Assembly (NCBI GenBank): GCA_039638295.1
Contig: JBDIWJ010000007.1
Span: 1-55,850, forward strand
Reading direction: 5' to 3'
Length of the DNA stretch: 55,850 nt
Source: Candidatus Phoenicimicrobium oleiphilum
Lineage (GTDB): Bacteria; Atribacterota; Phoenicimicrobiia; Phoenicimicrobiales; Phoenicimicrobiaceae
The translations under genes were made by a program, and so were the position numbers. Within the stretch, counting starts at the first letter, position 1. Each line of letters starts with the position of its first letter. Shown piece after piece: positions 31,552-40,167 of this stretch. The notes under the pieces were generated by a model. That model had not been told where the DNA came from, ran no database searches, and saw only the letters and a list, made by a program, of their open reading frames with translations.

Positions 31552-32481
31552 ATGGGTTGGGAAACCTGGATAATTACAACACTTAGTCGTTCTCTTGCCT
31601 ACGGAACTCCGCTTCTTTTGGGAACGCTTGGTGAGATATACGCGGAGCGTTCCGGCGTGCTAAACCTTGGCGTTGAGGGAATGATGATTATGGGAGCCTA
31701 TTCGGCCTTCACTACTACCTATATTACCGGAAATCCATGGAAGGGAATCCTGGTAGGAGCAATTGTCGGCGGTGTTTTCTCCCTGGTCCATGCTTTTGCC
31801 AGTGTAACACTTAAGGCGAATCAGGTCGTTTCCGGACTTTCCCTTACCATGCTTGGTCTTGGTCTGTCAGGTATGTTTGGACGCGGTTGGGAGGGTAAAC
31901 CACTTCCTGCTACTATTTCTAAAATTACTATTTCGGGTCTTTCTAAAATTCCTCTCTTGGGACCGATCTTTTTCGAGGGGCAGAATTTGATTGTCTATAT
32001 GACAATCCTCCTCGTCCCCTTATTGTGGTATATTCTCTATCGAACGCGAATTGGGATTACGATACGCTCTGTAGGTGAGAGCCCTGCTACTGCTGATTCG
32101 TTGGGGATAAATGTTGCTCGAGTCCGCTATGTATGCGTTTTTATTGGTGGAATCCTTGCGGGTCTATCTGGAGGGTATCTCTCGGTTGCCTATCGACCGG
32201 CATGGACCGAAGGAATGACTGCCGGAATGGGATGGATTGTTATTGCGTTGACCATATTTGCCTTCTGGAACCCAGTCTACGGTATGCTGGGGGCTTATTT
32301 ATTTGCGGCTCTCTACCACCTGGCATTCCGCATGCAGATATGGGTGTCACCGGAACTACTTAAGGCGATGCCATATGCCTTCGCAATATTGGTTTTGATC
32401 TTTGTATCCCGAGGGACATTACAGAAGCGAATGGGAGCGCCAGCTGCATTAGGCTTACCTTATACAAGGGGTGAAGAGTAA
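31552..32481 (+). CDS. Nucleoside ABC transporter permease
   Basis: ERSGVLNLGVEG, GESPATADSLGI, PAALGLPY. Confidence 0.9.
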   Translation: MGWETWIITTLSRSLAYGTPLLLGTLGEIYAERSGVLNLGVEGMMIMGAYSAFTTTYITGNPWKGILVGAIVGGVFSLVHAFASVTLKANQVVSGLSLTMLGLGLSGMFGRGWEGKPLPATISKITISGLSKIPLLGPIFFEGQNLIVYMTILLVPLLWYILYRTRIGITIRSVGESPATADSLGINVARVRYVCVFIGGILAGLSGGYLSVAYRPAWTEGMTAGMGWIVIALTIFAFWNPVYGMLGAYLFAALYHLAFRMQIWVSPELLKAMPYAFAILVLIFVSRGTLQKRMGAPAALGLPYTRGEE

Positions 32482-32728
32482 GTATGGAAAATAATGAAAA
32501 AATATAACTAAGGGCATAGCAAGATGAAGGAAATATTTTATTGCTTGATGTTTGTGCAAACTATTAAAAATGAGGGAGGTGAGGCGTTTATTCCTAAATC
32601 TATCTCATCTGTATTCTGGATAGTTAGTACTGCACTATCCTGAATATGTAGTAAAATAAGCAGTGAAGATTGTGAAAATCAAAAGGCTGTTTATACAGCC
32701 TATAATATATAATAAGGGAGGTTATAAA

Positions 32729-33907
32729 ATGTTTACTCAACGAAATAAAGTTGTGTTGGTAACTACATTAATAATAGTAGTCATCTTCAGTCTTACTTCA
32801 GTAATGATGGCAAAGGAGTATGTTCCTGGCACGCCACTCAAGGCAGGGTTCATCTATGTCGGACCGATCGGTGATCTGGGTTGGAGTTATGCCCATGATG
32901 AGGCACGGAGAATCTGTGATGATACCTTCCCCTGGCTGGAGACAGTCTATGTAGAGGCTGTTCCCGAGGGGAGTGAAGGGCTCTATATTGACAAGCTGAT
33001 CAGGGAAGAGGGTTGTGATGTCATCTTTACCACCAGTTTTGGCTTTATGGATGGAACACTGATTTCAGCACAGAAGTATCCAGACAAGATATTTGCCCAC
33101 TGCTCCGGGTTCAAACGTAATCCTAATATGATGACCTATATGGCAGATTTTTATCAGATTTACTATCTGAATGGGTTAATCGCTGGAGCGCTTACTAAAA
33201 CAAATAAGACTGCTTATGTAGGTGCCTTCCCAATTCCTGAACTAAAACGCCATATGGGTGCTTTCACTGTGGGAGTCCGGGAAGCCAAACCCAAAGCCGA
33301 GGTGCATATACGATGGATCTACGAATGGTTTAGTCCCACAGCCGCCAAGGAGGCTGCCGAGGCATTGATTGCTGACGGATGTGATGTATTTGCTTTTACC
33401 GAGGATTCACCAACGGTCGTACAGGTTGCCGCAGAAAAAGGATTCCCGTCCTTCGGGCATTACTCACCGATGTACGATTTTAGTCCCGAACATGTTGTCT
33501 CTGGACAGATCGCGCACTGGGAGGAAATTTACCTTGACTTCCTGGCAAAGGTCTATGCTGGTGTATACACGGCGCACAACCTTGCCGATGTTGACTACTG
33601 GTGGTTGCTTAAGGAAAAGGCAGTAGAGATGGGAGCCAAGCCGGGAATGCTGATAAATCCCACCTATGAGGATAAACTAAAAGCGATCCACATCAATGAC
33701 CCCGTTCTGGGGATGATCAGTGTCTACGACCTGGTTTTGAAGCGGCTGGAGCAGATGGCTGATCCGTCAATGGTCTTCGATCCATTTAACGGGCCGGTCT
33801 ACGACCGCGAAGGAAACCTTAAAGTTCCAGAGGGCTTACGCATGTCGGTGTTTGAGTTAACCACTATGGACTGGGCGGTGGACGGCATCGTCGGTCCCTG
33901 GGAATAG
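32729..33907 (+). CDS. BMP-family (purine nucleoside) substrate-binding protein
   Basis: GFIYVGPIGDLGWSYAH, FTTSFG, HCSG; ATG 32729 follows SD GGGAGG. Confidence 0.9.
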   Translation: MFTQRNKVVLVTTLIIVVIFSLTSVMMAKEYVPGTPLKAGFIYVGPIGDLGWSYAHDEARRICDDTFPWLETVYVEAVPEGSEGLYIDKLIREEGCDVIFTTSFGFMDGTLISAQKYPDKIFAHCSGFKRNPNMMTYMADFYQIYYLNGLIAGALTKTNKTAYVGAFPIPELKRHMGAFTVGVREAKPKAEVHIRWIYEWFSPTAAKEAAEALIADGCDVFAFTEDSPTVVQVAAEKGFPSFGHYSPMYDFSPEHVVSGQIAHWEEIYLDFLAKVYAGVYTAHNLADVDYWWLLKEKAVEMGAKPGMLINPTYEDKLKAIHINDPVLGMISVYDLVLKRLEQMADPSMVFDPFNGPVYDREGNLKVPEGLRMSVFELTTMDWAVDGIVGPWE

Positions 33908-33920
33908 AATAAGAGAAGTT

Positions 33921-33972
33921 AAAAAAAATCGGGCGGTAACCTTCACTAAAAGAGGGCAGCCGCCCTTTTTTT
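33921..33972. terminator. Bidirectional terminator between convergent genes
   Basis: aaaaaaa..gggcgg...ccgccc ttttttt. Confidence 0.7.
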
Positions 33973-34708
33973 ATTCCTTTCTTATATTTTTAAAAGCTTC
34001 CAGGCAGAGGTCAGTCAGCTGGTGAAATATGGGGTTTATTTTTTCTTCATCAGTAACAACTTCCCGAGTCAAGTGATTGGCTACTACGGTAAGGATGGTT
34101 CCTATTTTAACTTTTCGGAGGTAACCGATAGTAAAGAGGGCAGAAGATTCATTTTCCACACTTAAAACATTGGAATCAATCCATACCTGTTCCCTTTTCA
34201 GAAAATCAGGATCGGCAAATACTGAGCCCTTGTAGAAGGCGTCATGGCTCATAATTATTCCTATGTGAGATTTTAGATTTTTGCTGCGGGTTGCTTTTAT
34301 GAGGGCATCTACAATATCAACATTCGCGACAGCGGGGAATTCTATTGGTATATATTCTACTGATGTGCCCTCCAATCTCACTGCTGAGGTGGGTATGATA
34401 ATATCCCTTAAGTTTATATTTTTTTGCAGTGCTCCGGTGGTGCCAAGACGGACTAAATACTTTGCGCCGGACATGATAAGTTCCTCCAGGGCGATGGCAG
34501 CAGAAGGGCAGCCCATACCGGTTGAGGTAACACTGACCGTTAATCCTTTATATTTTCCAGTATAAGTTGTATATTCATGGTGTTGAGCAATTAATTGAGG
34601 ATTTTCGAAATGTTCAGCAATCAGATGACAACGGCCGGGATCACCTGGCATTATTACAAATTCTCCTATTTGACCCGGTTCTATCTGAAGATGATGCATC
34701 TTTTTCAT
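33971..34708 (-). CDS. udp: Uridine/nucleoside phosphorylase (PNP_UDP_1)
   Basis: PGDPGR, STGMGCPS, RLGTTG, RLEGTS, VENESS. Confidence 0.85.
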   Translation of the reverse strand: MKKMHHLQIEPGQIGEFVIMPGDPGRCHLIAEHFENPQLIAQHHEYTTYTGKYKGLTVSVTSTGMGCPSAAIALEELIMSGAKYLVRLGTTGALQKNINLRDIIIPTSAVRLEGTSVEYIPIEFPAVANVDIVDALIKATRSKNLKSHIGIIMSHDAFYKGSVFADPDFLKREQVWIDSNVLSVENESSALFTIGYLRKVKIGTILTVVANHLTREVVTDEEKINPIFHQLTDLCLEAFKNIRKE

Positions 34709-35469
34709 ATCTTTTTCCCCTCTCCCTTTTGAAGGTCGACCAAAGCTCCAGCAGCGATGGTTATTGCCTTATCAATGCTTTTTTGCAGTTCGTCTTTTGT
34801 ACCTTTTTTGCCGGTGATTAAATTTCCCGCAGCCACCAGTATTGCACCCACTTGTACTTTTCTCAGAGAGCCTATCACATAAAGGGCAGAAGCTTCATTC
34901 TCGATGGCTAAGACTCCAGCTTCAGCCCAGATGGCGACTCTTTTTTTATAATTTCCGAAGGCAAAAGGAGATTCCATGTAAAAAGCATCATGGGTTCTAA
35001 TTATTCCCAAATCATAGTCAGTGCTTTCTTTTTTAGCCCGATTTCGTAGGGCAGTAACAGTGTGATAATCTGCCACTGCCGGGTATTCTATGGGGATATA
35101 TTCTTTAGATGCCCCGTCCCCGCGAACAGCTCCGGTTGCAATAATTATATTCCCGGGGTTTATTTCGGGGGAGAGGGAACCACAGGTCCCCACTCTGATA
35201 AAATATTTACAGCCTATATTGGTCAGTTCTTCTATGGCTACAGCAGCTGACATACATCCGATTCCGGTGGAGCAGACCGCCATAGGCTTATTTTCGTAGC
35301 TGCCGTTGTAAATATGAAATTCCCTGTTCTCTACAATTTTTTCAGAATCCTGGAAAAATTTTGCCCCAATATAGTCTGCTCTTTCGGTATTTCCGGGTAG
35401 CAATACCGCTTTATTCACTTCACCTTTTTTGCATCTTATATGATATTGTACTTGTTCCAATTTTCCCAC
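34705..35469 (-). CDS. udp: Uridine/nucleoside phosphorylase paralogue
   Basis: QYHI, STGIGC, RVGTCG, RGDGAS, HDAFY, IENEAS. Confidence 0.85.
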   Translation of the reverse strand: MGKLEQVQYHIRCKKGEVNKAVLLPGNTERADYIGAKFFQDSEKIVENREFHIYNGSYENKPMAVCSTGIGCMSAAVAIEELTNIGCKYFIRVGTCGSLSPEINPGNIIIATGAVRGDGASKEYIPIEYPAVADYHTVTALRNRAKKESTDYDLGIIRTHDAFYMESPFAFGNYKKRVAIWAEAGVLAIENEASALYVIGSLRKVQVGAILVAAGNLITGKKGTKDELQKSIDKAITIAAGALVDLQKGEGKKI

Positions 35470-35528
35470 TCCTTTTAAATAATAAAAAATAATGCAAGAA
35501 ACAGTTCTTTGTATTGGTAATATATTTA

Positions 35529-35557
35529 ATGATAGTCTATTTTAAAAACTCCGTCAA
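35529..35557 (-). promoter_or_regulatory. Sigma70-type promoter for the udp pair
   Basis: Minus strand TTGACG-N17-TATCAT. Confidence 0.55.
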
Positions 35558-35565
35558 TTAAAAAG

Positions 35566-35592
35566 AGGATTTCTAAAAGTTTTGTAGAATAT
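35566..35592 (+). promoter_or_regulatory. Sigma-H-like promoter (AGGA-N17-GAAT)
   Basis: gAGGAtttc...gtaGAATat. Confidence 0.55.
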
Positions 35593-35656
35593 TAATATAT
35601 ATAATTTAGTAGATAAAGATAGTAAAATCTAAAAAATAAATTAGGAGGTAACCACT

Positions 35657-35974
35657 ATGGCTTTTAATGTAGTTTTTATCGCTCATACCCCTGATGCAGA
35701 ACCGGAAAAACACCAGTGTGTAGTCGAAACACCTAAATACAAACTCCTGGTAAGGTTAGTAAAGAATCAGGAGCAGGCGGTAGAAGTTTGCAAAAAGTTG
35801 GTTAGAGAAGAGGGTATTCATTCCGTACTCCTCTGCCCGGGATTTACCCATCAGAATGTGGCAGAGATATCCAAAGCAGTAGGAGAGAATGTAGGAATTT
35901 CAGTAGCTCGAGGAGATGGCCCGAGTAGTAAGGTAACCAGAGAAGTAATGAAAAGAGAAGGTTGGTTTTCCTAA
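35657..35974 (+). CDS. Small conserved protein, DUF6506-like
   Basis: Strong SD; PDAEPEKH and EGIHSVLLCPGFT motifs. Confidence 0.7.
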   Translation: MAFNVVFIAHTPDAEPEKHQCVVETPKYKLLVRLVKNQEQAVEVCKKLVREEGIHSVLLCPGFTHQNVAEISKAVGENVGISVARGDGPSSKVTREVMKREGWFS

Positions 35975-35987
35975 AAAATTGAAAAAT

Positions 35988-36027
35988 AAAAAACCTATCG
36001 GGAGATTTAACTCCTGATAGGTTTTTT
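35988..36027. terminator. Bidirectional intrinsic terminator
   Basis: aaaaaacctatcgggag attta actcctgataggtttttt. Confidence 0.8.
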
Positions 36028-36038
36028 GTTTTCTATTG

Positions 36039-36341
36039 TTAACAAGTAGAAGCTGGGCCGCTGTAGGGATGGACTAAAAATCCTCTCTGAAGAAAAAAGT
36101 TAGAATAGTCAATCTTAAAACCTTTATATTGATCTATTAAACTTTTATCTGCCACAAAATCAATACCATCTTCTGAGTAGATTTCGTCATTTTCTTTTTG
36201 CTCATCCAGAGCAAGATTAAAGCTTGGGCCGCCTCAGCCAATTCCTGCTAAAAATATTCTTATCTTTTTGTTCGTTGCATTTTTTTGTTCTAAAACTTTT
36301 TTTATTTCCCCTAAAGCTTTGTTGGTTACTTTTATCGACAT
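36039..36341 (-). CDS. HesB/IscA-like selenoprotein, 100 aa, Sec at codon 36 (absent from the ORF track)
   Basis: MSIKVTNKALGEIKKVLEQKNATNKKIRIFLAGIG-UGA-GGPSFNLALDEQKENDEIYSEDGIDFVADK...STC*; SD AAAGGA; hairpin 19 nt after UGA. Confidence 0.92.
36198..36214 (-). promoter_or_regulatory. SECIS-like hairpin of the HesB-like gene
   Basis: UUGCUC-UGGAU-GAGCAA starting 19 nt 3' of the UGA at 36236-36234. Confidence 0.75.
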
Positions 36342-36396
36342 TTCTTATCCTTTCTAAATAATTAAATTATTTATTTGATATTAACATGTAAATGTA

Positions 36397-36425
36397 ATAA
36401 TACTATATATGAGTAATTTTGTCAA
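36397..36425 (-). promoter_or_regulatory. Sigma70-type promoter for the HesB-like gene
   Basis: Minus strand TTGACA-N17-TATTAT. Confidence 0.6.
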
Positions 36426-36492
36426 CATTAATGGTAAATTAATTTTAAATTTTAGAAAGGTTTTATTTTCACCGGTAAACTACCGGTGGAAC

Positions 36493-37146
36493 TTAGCTCC
36501 CTCAGCCGCCGCCACTTGAAGTAACAGTAATATTTACGGTATCACTTTTAGTTATCTCGCCTTCTGTATAACTTACGGTGATAATCGCGGTAGTAGTTGA
36601 GCATGATGACAATACTGTAATTACTCCATTAGCGATTGTGACCTTAGTGTTATTTGATGCATAGGTACAAGCACTAAGTGCTATATCAGCAGAAGTATCA
36701 TTATCATAATGAGCAGTAACGGAAGTTATTTTCTTTGAGCTACCTGCTGCTATCGACATAGTGGTAGGAAGTACTTCTATCGAAGTAAGTAAGGCTTCAT
36801 TTACTGTAATAGTAAACGATTGAGTGTCTGATTTACTACCATCAGAGACCTCTACCACGACTTCGTTTTCACCAATTTGACTTTCTATCGGAGTCCAACT
36901 GATTACCCCGGTGGTAGAATTAATGGTCATACCAGAGGGATAAATAATTAGGGAATAAGTTAAAGTGTCTCCGTTAAGGTCAGTGGCATCGACATCATAA
37001 GTATAGGCCACACCTTCTTTAGCAGTAGTTATTGGATCAGATTCAATTGATGGTGAAATGTTGAAAAGAAAACAACCAGTAAATAAAAATGCAATAAAAA
37101 ATACACTTAAACTGAGCAATAATTTTTTATTTTTAATGATAATCAC
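36493..37146 (-). CDS. Ig-like-domain lipoprotein; ends at UGA 36502 or, if recoded, ...SSGGG-U-GS at UAA 36493
   Basis: Basic N-terminus, hydrophobic helix, lipobox LFTG-C; YTYDVDATD..GDTLTYSL..PSGMTINSTTGVISWTP Ig repeat; second Big-like domain. Confidence 0.8.
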
Positions 37147-37197
37147 CTCCTTTCTGGAAAAACAAAAAAATAATATATCTATCTTAAAATATATTAT

Positions 37198-38235
37198 TTA
37201 AATTATCCGTATTTTTTTACCAGAGGAAACTTTTATGACTTTACCAATAACTTGGCTGGAAGTAAATCCTTTTTGGAAGAGCAATTCTTTTGCTTTTTCT
37301 GCCTGTTCAGGACTAATAGATAGTAATAATCCTCCTGAGGTTTGCGCATCATATAGGATGATTTCCTTTTCTGAAGGAATGTCCTGTTTTGTTTCAACCG
37401 AACAGGAGTAAATTTCCTTGTTTTTCAATGTCCCTCCCGGAATCATCCCCGAAGAAATATATTTATCCAGGCCGTCTATTACCGGAATATCATTAATCCA
37501 CAATTCAGCCCCCAGTTTATTTTTAGTCAGCATCTCACTTAAATGTCCAATCAGACCAAAACCGGTGATATCAGTCAAACCGTGTATGGATAATTTTAAT
37601 AGTTCTTTGGGAAGTTGATTTAGTTTGGCCATCCAAAAAATAGCTTTTTTTACAGTGTCTGGCTCGGCAATATTAGCCTTAAGGGCAGTAGATAATATTC
37701 CGGTACCCAGGGGTTTGGTTAATATCAGTAAATCTCCTTCTTGAGGAGTATCATTATAAATAATATTCTGAGGATGAATTAATCCCACTACAGCCAATCC
37801 ATACTTTGGTTCTTTATCTTTTATGGTATGTCCACCCACTAAAAGAGCGCCAGCTTCTGCAACTTTATCTGCCCCTCCTTTTAAAATAAGTCCAAGATCA
37901 TCTACTCTATCTTCGGGAAAAGCAACTATATTTAAAGCAAGAAGAGGGTTTCCTCCCATAGCAAAAATATCACTTAAGGCATTAGCTGCGGCAATTTGTC
38001 CAAAAGTGTATGGGTCATCAACTATCGGGGTAATGACATCCAGGGTAAAAATAAGGGCTTGTTTATCGTTTAATCGATAAACAGCAGCATCTTCATATTT
38101 TTCAAACCCAGCTAATAAATTATTATCTTTTAGAACATTAATTTTTTTTAAGACCTCACCGAGATCTTTAGGATTTAATTTAGCTGCTCATCCAGCAGCA
38201 GAAGCCATTTGAGTTAATTTTCTTTTGTCTATCAA
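37198..38235 (-). CDS. selD: Selenophosphate synthetase SelD, selenoprotein form (Sec16), 345 aa
   Basis: TTG start 38235 with SD AAGGAG; LTQMASAAG-UGA-AAKL, EDAAVY, PIVDDP, ANALSD, GGHT, TKPLGTG, TDITGFGL, DAQTSGGLL; in frame with track ORF 37198..37959. Confidence 0.95.
38150..38168 (-). promoter_or_regulatory. SECIS-like hairpin of selD
   Basis: AAGAUCUC-GGU-GAGGUCUU starting 19 nt 3' of the UGA at 38190-38188. Confidence 0.78.
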
Positions 38236-38265
38236 ACCTTTTCTGTCTCCTTTCTGATAAGTTAT

Positions 38266-40155
38266 TTAGCTAAGTTTATTTTTTAATATTCTAACATTTT
38301 CTTTTCGTTGAGTAATATTTTCCTCATCCATCTTATTAAGCAAAGGAATTATATATTTGCGGCTTATCCCTAATAAGTCCCTCACCTGACCAATAGAGAT
38401 GGAGCCCTTTACTTTTAAAAAATCTATTAATTTATTTTTCATAATATCATAATTTTTACTATCTAGTAAAATTCCGTCGCTTAATTTGATAATTTCTCCT
38501 TCTTGAATCAAAAAATCTATAATTTCTTTGCTGCCAGCAATTTGAGAGATAAGTGTTTTCTCCTTGGGGGGATTGGTAAAATTTTCTTTCAGGATTTTTA
38601 ATATTTTATCCATTAACTCTTTTTGGGAAGCAGAAAGTTTAGGTTTGCGGGAAGGTAAAAATATCATTCCCCTTTTTAAATTTATCTTATTTGCCTTAAT
38701 CAGAGATTTTATCAGGCCATTAAATATTTCTGGTTTAAGATAATAGAAATAACTTTGAAATTTGTTTAAGGGGAAGCCGATTTGCAAAGGAGATAATTCA
38801 TATTCCTGGTTCAATCTTTTCATAAAATTTATTATCTGCTCTTGCCAGTAGTTTTTATCAATTAGCCAGGAAGAGGTAGCAATTAATTTACCTTCTTGTT
38901 CTAACAACTCTGTTATATTCATAATGTTTGAATACGAAAAATTACTATTAATTAATAAATTATCCTTTTTAATAAAGTTATCCTTTTTTAGTTCAGCTAA
39001 GATTAATTCTCTTAAGTCAAGTTTTGCGCTTTTCTGTAAAAGATTAACTATGTCTTTGTCTTTAAAATGATGCTTGTAGGCTAAAGGGTCGATAATTAAT
39101 CCCCCACCAATAGTTTTAGGAGGGCTCGGTATTCTTAAGATAAAGCGGTCTCCCAAAAATGTTGCCTGCGGTTCTTTAAAGCGAAGTTGGGCGAATCCTG
39201 TTTCACCAGGACAAAGAGGTTTGTTTTCGGGAAAAAATATTTTAGCCAGGGTCTCTTTGGTTCCAGTAAAAAAAACTACTTCTGACCGATTTTTTAAGGA
39301 ATAATTTTTAAGTTGAGGTTGGGAGAGAAGTTGTATCTGGACATCTAAGTATTTACTGGCTTTAATCTGTTTAGTTCCAAAGACGATGTCTCCTCTATGA
39401 AGTTCGTTTTTTTCTATTCCTGCTAAGTTAAGGGCTACTCTGCTTCCCGGAAGAGCTTTTTCTACTTTCTCTTTGTAAGTTTGTAAACTTCTCAGGCGAG
39501 TTTTTTGATAAGAAGGGAAGATGGTTGCTTCCATTCCTTTATAAAGAGTGCCTCCTTTAAGAGTACCGGTTACTATTGTGCCACTTCCTTTAATATTAAA
39601 GACCCGGTCGATGTATAGTCTTGGTTTCCCTATATCTCTCTGGGGTTTCATCTGAGGAATCAAGTTTTGAATGGCTAATTTTATTTGTTCAATTCCTGTT
39701 TTTTTTACCGTACTTACTTTTACTATTGGTGCATTGAAGAGGACAGTATTTTTTAACCTCTCTTTAATCTGTCTTTCTACAATATTTACTCTACTTTGGT
39801 CTACCAGATCAGTTTTAGTTATAGCAATGATACCATACTTTATGTGGAGGAGTTCAGTAATTTGGAAATGTTCTTCAGTTTGAGGCATCCATCCTTCCTT
39901 TGCATCAACAACTAAAATTACCGCATCGATTCCGGTTGCTCCAACTATCATATTCTTTACCAGGTTTTCGTGACCAGGAACATCGACTATTCCAACTTTT
40001 TCTCCCGAGGGAAGTTTCATCCAGGCAAACCCCAAATCAATAGTCATACCTCTTTCTTTTTCTTCGGGTAGACGGTCAGTATCTATGGAAGTTAGAGCAT
40101 AGATTAAGGCTGTTTTACCATGGTCAATATGTCCTGCTGTACCGAAAACAAACAT
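38266..40155 (-). CDS. selB: Selenocysteine-specific elongation factor SelB
   Basis: GTAGHIDHGKT, EEKERGMTIDLGF, DVPGHE, C-terminal winged helix LGISRKYIIPLL. Confidence 0.96.
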   Translation of the reverse strand: MFVFGTAGHIDHGKTALIYALTSIDTDRLPEEKERGMTIDLGFAWMKLPSGEKVGIVDVPGHENLVKNMIVGATGIDAVILVVDAKEGWMPQTEEHFQITELLHIKYGIIAITKTDLVDQSRVNIVERQIKERLKNTVLFNAPIVKVSTVKKTGIEQIKLAIQNLIPQMKPQRDIGKPRLYIDRVFNIKGSGTIVTGTLKGGTLYKGMEATIFPSYQKTRLRSLQTYKEKVEKALPGSRVALNLAGIEKNELHRGDIVFGTKQIKASKYLDVQIQLLSQPQLKNYSLKNRSEVVFFTGTKETLAKIFFPENKPLCPGETGFAQLRFKEPQATFLGDRFILRIPSPPKTIGGGLIIDPLAYKHHFKDKDIVNLLQKSAKLDLRELILAELKKDNFIKKDNLLINSNFSYSNIMNITELLEQEGKLIATSSWLIDKNYWQEQIINFMKRLNQEYELSPLQIGFPLNKFQSYFYYLKPEIFNGLIKSLIKANKINLKRGMIFLPSRKPKLSASQKELMDKILKILKENFTNPPKEKTLISQIAGSKEIIDFLIQEGEIIKLSDGILLDSKNYDIMKNKLIDFLKVKGSISIGQVRDLLGISRKYIIPLLNKMDEENITQRKENVRILKNKLS

Positions 40156-40167
40156 AGAAACCTCTTT

